Made by a program: the position numbers and the translations under genes. The notes beneath the pieces were generated by a model that ran no database searches, was not told the DNA's origin, and worked only from the letters and a program-made list of their open reading frames with translations. From the human T2T-CHM13v2.0 reference genome, Homo sapiens, in NCBI RefSeq assembly GCF_009914755.1, contig NC_060928.1: 64,000 nt of DNA; one strand, given 5' to 3'. This document shows positions 58,601 through 64,000 of this stretch, piece by piece (the first letter of the stretch is position 1; the number at the start of each line of letters is the position of its first letter).

Positions 58601-59559
58601 GAAATATGTTTATTCATGACCAGAATGGAAAAAGATGATAATGTATGCTAATTTAAATGGTGAATTTTATATAATCCTAAAACTATAGTGCTTAAAAGGC
58701 GAGCAGATGATTATCAGTTTATCTTAATTTCCCTACCTATTCCTTGGAGGGCTATGCCACTATTATACACCATAACACTTGGATGGGAAATATTATTAGA
58801 GATGAAAAATTTTAAATTTAATATAGATTTGGTATTTTATTCTCTTATCTTTTTAAGATTTTCTAGCAGCAGTTATTTCTCAAGTATTAGAATCTCCATG
58901 TAGATGAGAAGTTGAAACTTTTAAGATAATTTTGTGAATAGGCTGCATTCAACAAATATTTATTGAATGTCTATTTTTAGCCAAGCACATAGTCCTAAAC
59001 CCGTCTGGTGTTTAATAGGTTAGGCCACAGGAAGTTGTTTCTAGGTGAATGGAAAGCTCAGGAGGAAGCGAAGCCTGGGAAAACAAGCATGAATTGCTCA
59101 TCTATTAGGAGCAAATTCAGGTCAGACACTATCTGGGTTGAGACAATCTTTTCACGTCTTATTCAGCTATTGAGGTAAATCTCTGACATTGAACTCCATG
59201 GGACCCAGGAAAACTAAGACTTTCATGAGCCCTGGAGATGAACTGCAATTTGCAGGAAGAGGAAATGGAAGCATTGGTTCAGAAAAACCCAAAAGCCAAC
59301 TATGGCTTCTCTTATTGAGAAGTCAGCTGGAAATGTACCTCGCTTAAATAGAGCCAAAATGCAGATTACAAAATACAGCATCATGACCAGTAAAATAGAA
59401 GAACCATGGGATTCAGGTATGGTTAAGATATATGTAAATGGGCTATTTAAAGTCCAAAAAAAGTTGTGGAGTGCAATTTATCGAGATCTTTAATGCAGGA
59501 TATCTTATCTCCTATAGGATATAATTATTGCTCTGTTTTGGTTGTAATCATGTGAGTGA

Positions 59560-60250
<691 letters not shown>

Positions 60251-61289
60251 CATCATATCATTCTTATAAGAAGGCCACTTCTTGGTTTGTACTTTCAAAA
60301 CTCCAGAGGAAAATACTTTATTATAAATATTGTTCAAGATCATAAATATTCTTGAGAGTTAGCATCTGATTCAGTTTCTGCATAAGCAATTATAGTCTAG
60401 ATCCATCTATTTCATATCCATTAATTTTCCTTACTTGCTCATTTTATTTTAAAATTCAAGGCTAATTAACAATGTGTGACCATTCATATGTGAATAATTG
60501 ATCATATGTGAATATGATGTGAATTTCAATATAATAGCCACCTAATAATATGGTTTGATATACTGGAACAGAGAAAAATTAACCAGCTCATACAGTGGAT
60601 CTTGGTCACCTTCAGTGGTCTAATAATAATTTCCGTTTATTCAGCTTTAGACTTTTAAAAACAATTATATATTTTATAGAATAACAGGGATAAATGAAAT
60701 TAAATACTCTTCATTGTTCAGATTACATTCAATGAACATGGACAGATTGAACATAAGGTCAAAATGGTGAAAAGAGCAGAGGCAAGTTGGTAGCAAAAAA
60801 GAGAAAGTTTTTTAAACAGTATCTTAAAAGGATAGTTGGGAAAATTAAATTAAAGAAAATTGAGTGTTGGCAGTGGCAGTACTTTTATTTATAACTGGTT
60901 CTGATTCATTAACTCTTGTTACCAATCTGTAATAGAATAAGTACAGAAATTGAGGTTATGCAGTTAGAAATGTTTAAAACAATTTGACATTATCTTGGTG
61001 CTTTTATTATATTTATTAAGAGCATCTCTTCCAAACATATTGGGAGAGAAAACTGGTTCTTCACTACAGATAGTTTGAGATGTGTGTACTGAACTAGGTA
61101 ATCTTCAATATTCTTTCAACACTGAGTGGTAAGAGAACATAATTAGGAACCATATTTGTGTATACCTTTCACCTAGAATAGAACTGAAAAAGATGTGTAA
61201 TTTATCTTTTCTCATTTTCCTTCTTAAAAGTGTATCTTTAAATATACATACTCTGATAGCCCAGCTTTGCCATTCAGGCACAGACTATT

Positions 61290-61815
61290 CAATCTAATAA
61301 TAAGATAAAATTGGTATTTCTATGCAGATACTGGTTATTTTTGCTGACTTTTGCAAATTAGCTTTTTTTATTTTGCCCTGCAACTTCATGTATTACTTCT
61401 AGTAGTTTTTAAAATATTTTCTATAATTATTATGTAAGCAATCATATAATCTGAAAATAGAGACAGTTTTACTTCTTCCTTTCTTATTTTTATGAACTTA
61501 CATATTTTTCTTGCCTTCTTGAAAAGATTAGGACAAATAGTACAATGATAAATGGCAAAAGAGTGAACAGTCTTGCCCTGTTTCTATCTTAGAGAAAAAT
61601 TATTCAATAGTTAATCATTAAGTATGATTTGATGTTAGCTGTGGGTTTTCTGTAGATGATCTTTTTCAGATTAAGGAAGACTTTCCATTCCTAATCTTCT
61701 GAAATTAAAAAAAAGCATGAATGGATATTGAATTTTGAATTTTGTGAAATTCATATTTTTTAATCTATTGAAATGATCATTCATTTTTCAAGTCTGTTTG
61801 GTAAATTACCTTGAT
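61290..61815 (-). mobile_element. Old L1M fragment
   Basis: gacagttttacttcttccttt, gatgttagctgtgggttttctgtagatg motifs. Confidence 0.72.
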
Positions 61816-61977
61816 TTTTTTCCCAGTTAAGATACAAATTTATTGTTACAATCAGTTTTTATTTATTTAATATAAATCTTATAAAAGATATATTCCTTCA
61901 TTTAATTAATGCTAAAAGGCCTACTTAACAAAAATAAAGTATATCTTTCATATATGTGTGTGTATGTGTATATATAT

Positions 61978-62275
61978 TTTTTTAATTAATTAATTATTAT
62001 TATTATTATTTGAGACAGAGTCTCACTCTGTCACCCAGGCTGGAGTGCAATGGCATGATACTAGCTCACTGCATCCTCAGACTGCTTGAGCAATCCTCCC
62101 ACCTCAGCCTCCAGAGTAGCTGGGACTACACACACAAGCCACTGCACCTAGCTGATTTTTTTTTCATTTTTTGTACAGATGGGGCCTCGCTATGTTGCCT
62201 AGGCTGGAGTTCAAGCAATTCTCCTACCTCAGCCTCCCAAAGTATTGGGATTACAGGCATAAGCCACCATGCCAA
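61978..62275 (-). mobile_element. AluJ-like with internal deletions
   Basis: Antisense Alu with (tta)n tail. Confidence 0.85.
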
Positions 62276-63274
62276 CTTCATCATTTATATTTAATATAAA
62301 TAGCTTTATTAGAAATTTAGGAGCATATAGCAAAAATATACACTTAATTAAGCAGTTACAGGAATTAGGCTGTTTTTAATTTTTTTTACTGGCAATTTTA
62401 TTTTATCTACAGGACACATTTTACTTAAGTTAATATTAAAACATTTAAAAATTAAATTTTAGACATGAAAATATGCAACAAAAACAGGAAGTGTTTTCAT
62501 TATAAAGCAGGTTATTAGTAAATTCTCAGAGTTTCTGAGACATATCAGAACTCCTGTATCGAAAGTTGCATTCATTCAGGAGGTATTAATACATTTTCAG
62601 TGCTGAGAGTATTTACAGTACTTACAATATACTGAAAACAGCATTGTACTACTAGGGTTCACATCTGATAAACCTGAGTTTAAACTTCATGCCACAAGTT
62701 TCCAATTCAAGGTACAGCTAATGCAATAACATTTTCTCATGTCATTTTTTCTTCTGAAGCTGAATAAAGAAATAATCATTTAAGCACATGGAATAATGCC
62801 ATGTTCTCCCTTATAGTAATAATATATTTTAAACCTCAGATACTTCATATTATGGAAATTGACCATGATATACAAAGGCGCCTAAATACAGCAGAACCAA
62901 AAAGTTTTCTTTTTGTAGATTCCATTAATTCATAATTATTTTAGTATAGATACATACTGGAAACTACTTCAGATTGTTGGACGATAGAAAGCTCACTGTG
63001 TCATTACCTACATTTAAGCAGCAGCACATCACAACCCAAACAATGGCAAGTATATATTCTTGTCTCCTCCCACTTCTTGGAGGGTCTTTTCCAGCTTACA
63101 GAAGCTAGCTTGTAAGGCTACAATAATGTTTCAGCCTATCATTGAAAGTTTCTGTATTAGGAGTTTTGAAATATTACTAACAGAACATTTATAAATCAGT
63201 CAGTTTTTTTCTTACTCTTTACTGAGTAGTTCAAATGCAATAGATAAGTGTTTTAAACTGTTTGATAGGCTTCA

Positions 63275-63462
63275 TTTTTTTAAAGAGCAGTTTTAGATTG
63301 ATAGCAAAATTGAGAAAAAGGTACAGAGATTTTCCATGTACCTCTCAGGAAGTACATGGTCTCTGCCATTATCAATATCCCGCACCAGAATGGTACATTT
63401 TTTACAACTGGTGAACCAACATTGATGCATGATTATTACCCAAAGACCATAGTTTACATTAT
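63275..63462 (-). mobile_element. L1M 3'-end fragment
   Basis: agagcagttttag...gcaaaattgag.aaaaggtacagagat...ccatagtttacatta. Confidence 0.7.
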
Positions 63463-63770
63463 TTTTTATATTTTTACTTTTTTATTTTTTGAGATGGAGT
63501 CTTGCTCTGTTGCCAGGCTTGAGTGCAGTGGCTCAATCTCGGCTCACTGCAACCTCCTGCCTTCTGGGTTCAAGCGATTCCCCCGCCTCAGCCCTCCGAG
63601 TAGCTGGGACTACAGGCGCATACCACCACGCCGGGCTAACTTTTTGTATTTTAGTAGAGATGGGGTTTCACCATGTTGGCCAGGATGGTCTCGATCTCCT
63701 GACTTCATGATCCGCCCGCCTCGGCCTCCCAAAGTGCTGGGATTACAGGTGTGAGCCACTGCGCCTGGCC
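63463..63770 (-). mobile_element. AluS (AluSc-like)
   Basis: Full antisense dimer, CpG partly retained. Confidence 0.92.
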
Positions 63771-64000
63771 TATTATTTAATTTTTAAAGCATCTTATCAG
63801 TGTTTTGTTACGGTGACTAATGGTATTCATAGTACCATTAATGGTAAGATGTAAACAAGAAATGCCTACATTTAGGGGTTAAAATAATATTTTAGAGAGC
63901 ATTTTTCCCCATAACTAGGAAAGCTGTAGAATTCACACTAAACACAGATATAATGAGATTGTATGTTAATGTATGTAATTACAATAATATTTTATAACAT

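Overview
Primate, almost certainly human, genomic DNA. The only protein-coding gene I can support is the 5' end of FREM3 (FRAS1-related extracellular matrix 3) on the minus strand. It has a giant 5,185-nt first coding exon (15927..10743: signal peptide, N-terminal domain, tandem CSPG repeats) starting in a CpG island, and a 90-nt second exon (8454..8365) that the ORF track misses. Later exons lie outside the window, below coordinate 1. The rest is intron (1-10742) and about 48 kb of upstream DNA dominated by interspersed repeats: L1 of several ages, Alu, MIR, L2, MaLR/ERVL/ERV1 LTRs, MER20 and MADE1. Repeat subfamily names come from recalled consensus motifs and old-repeat boundaries are approximate. 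I found no evidence of a new biological system. The most notable observations are insertion and repair scars: a 215-bp local templated duplication, a tiny L1 with an apparent 3' transduction, two twin-primed L1s, a young L1 with a 30-34-bp target-site duplication (TSD), a probable deletion junction, and a possible retrocopied mRNA 3' UTR.
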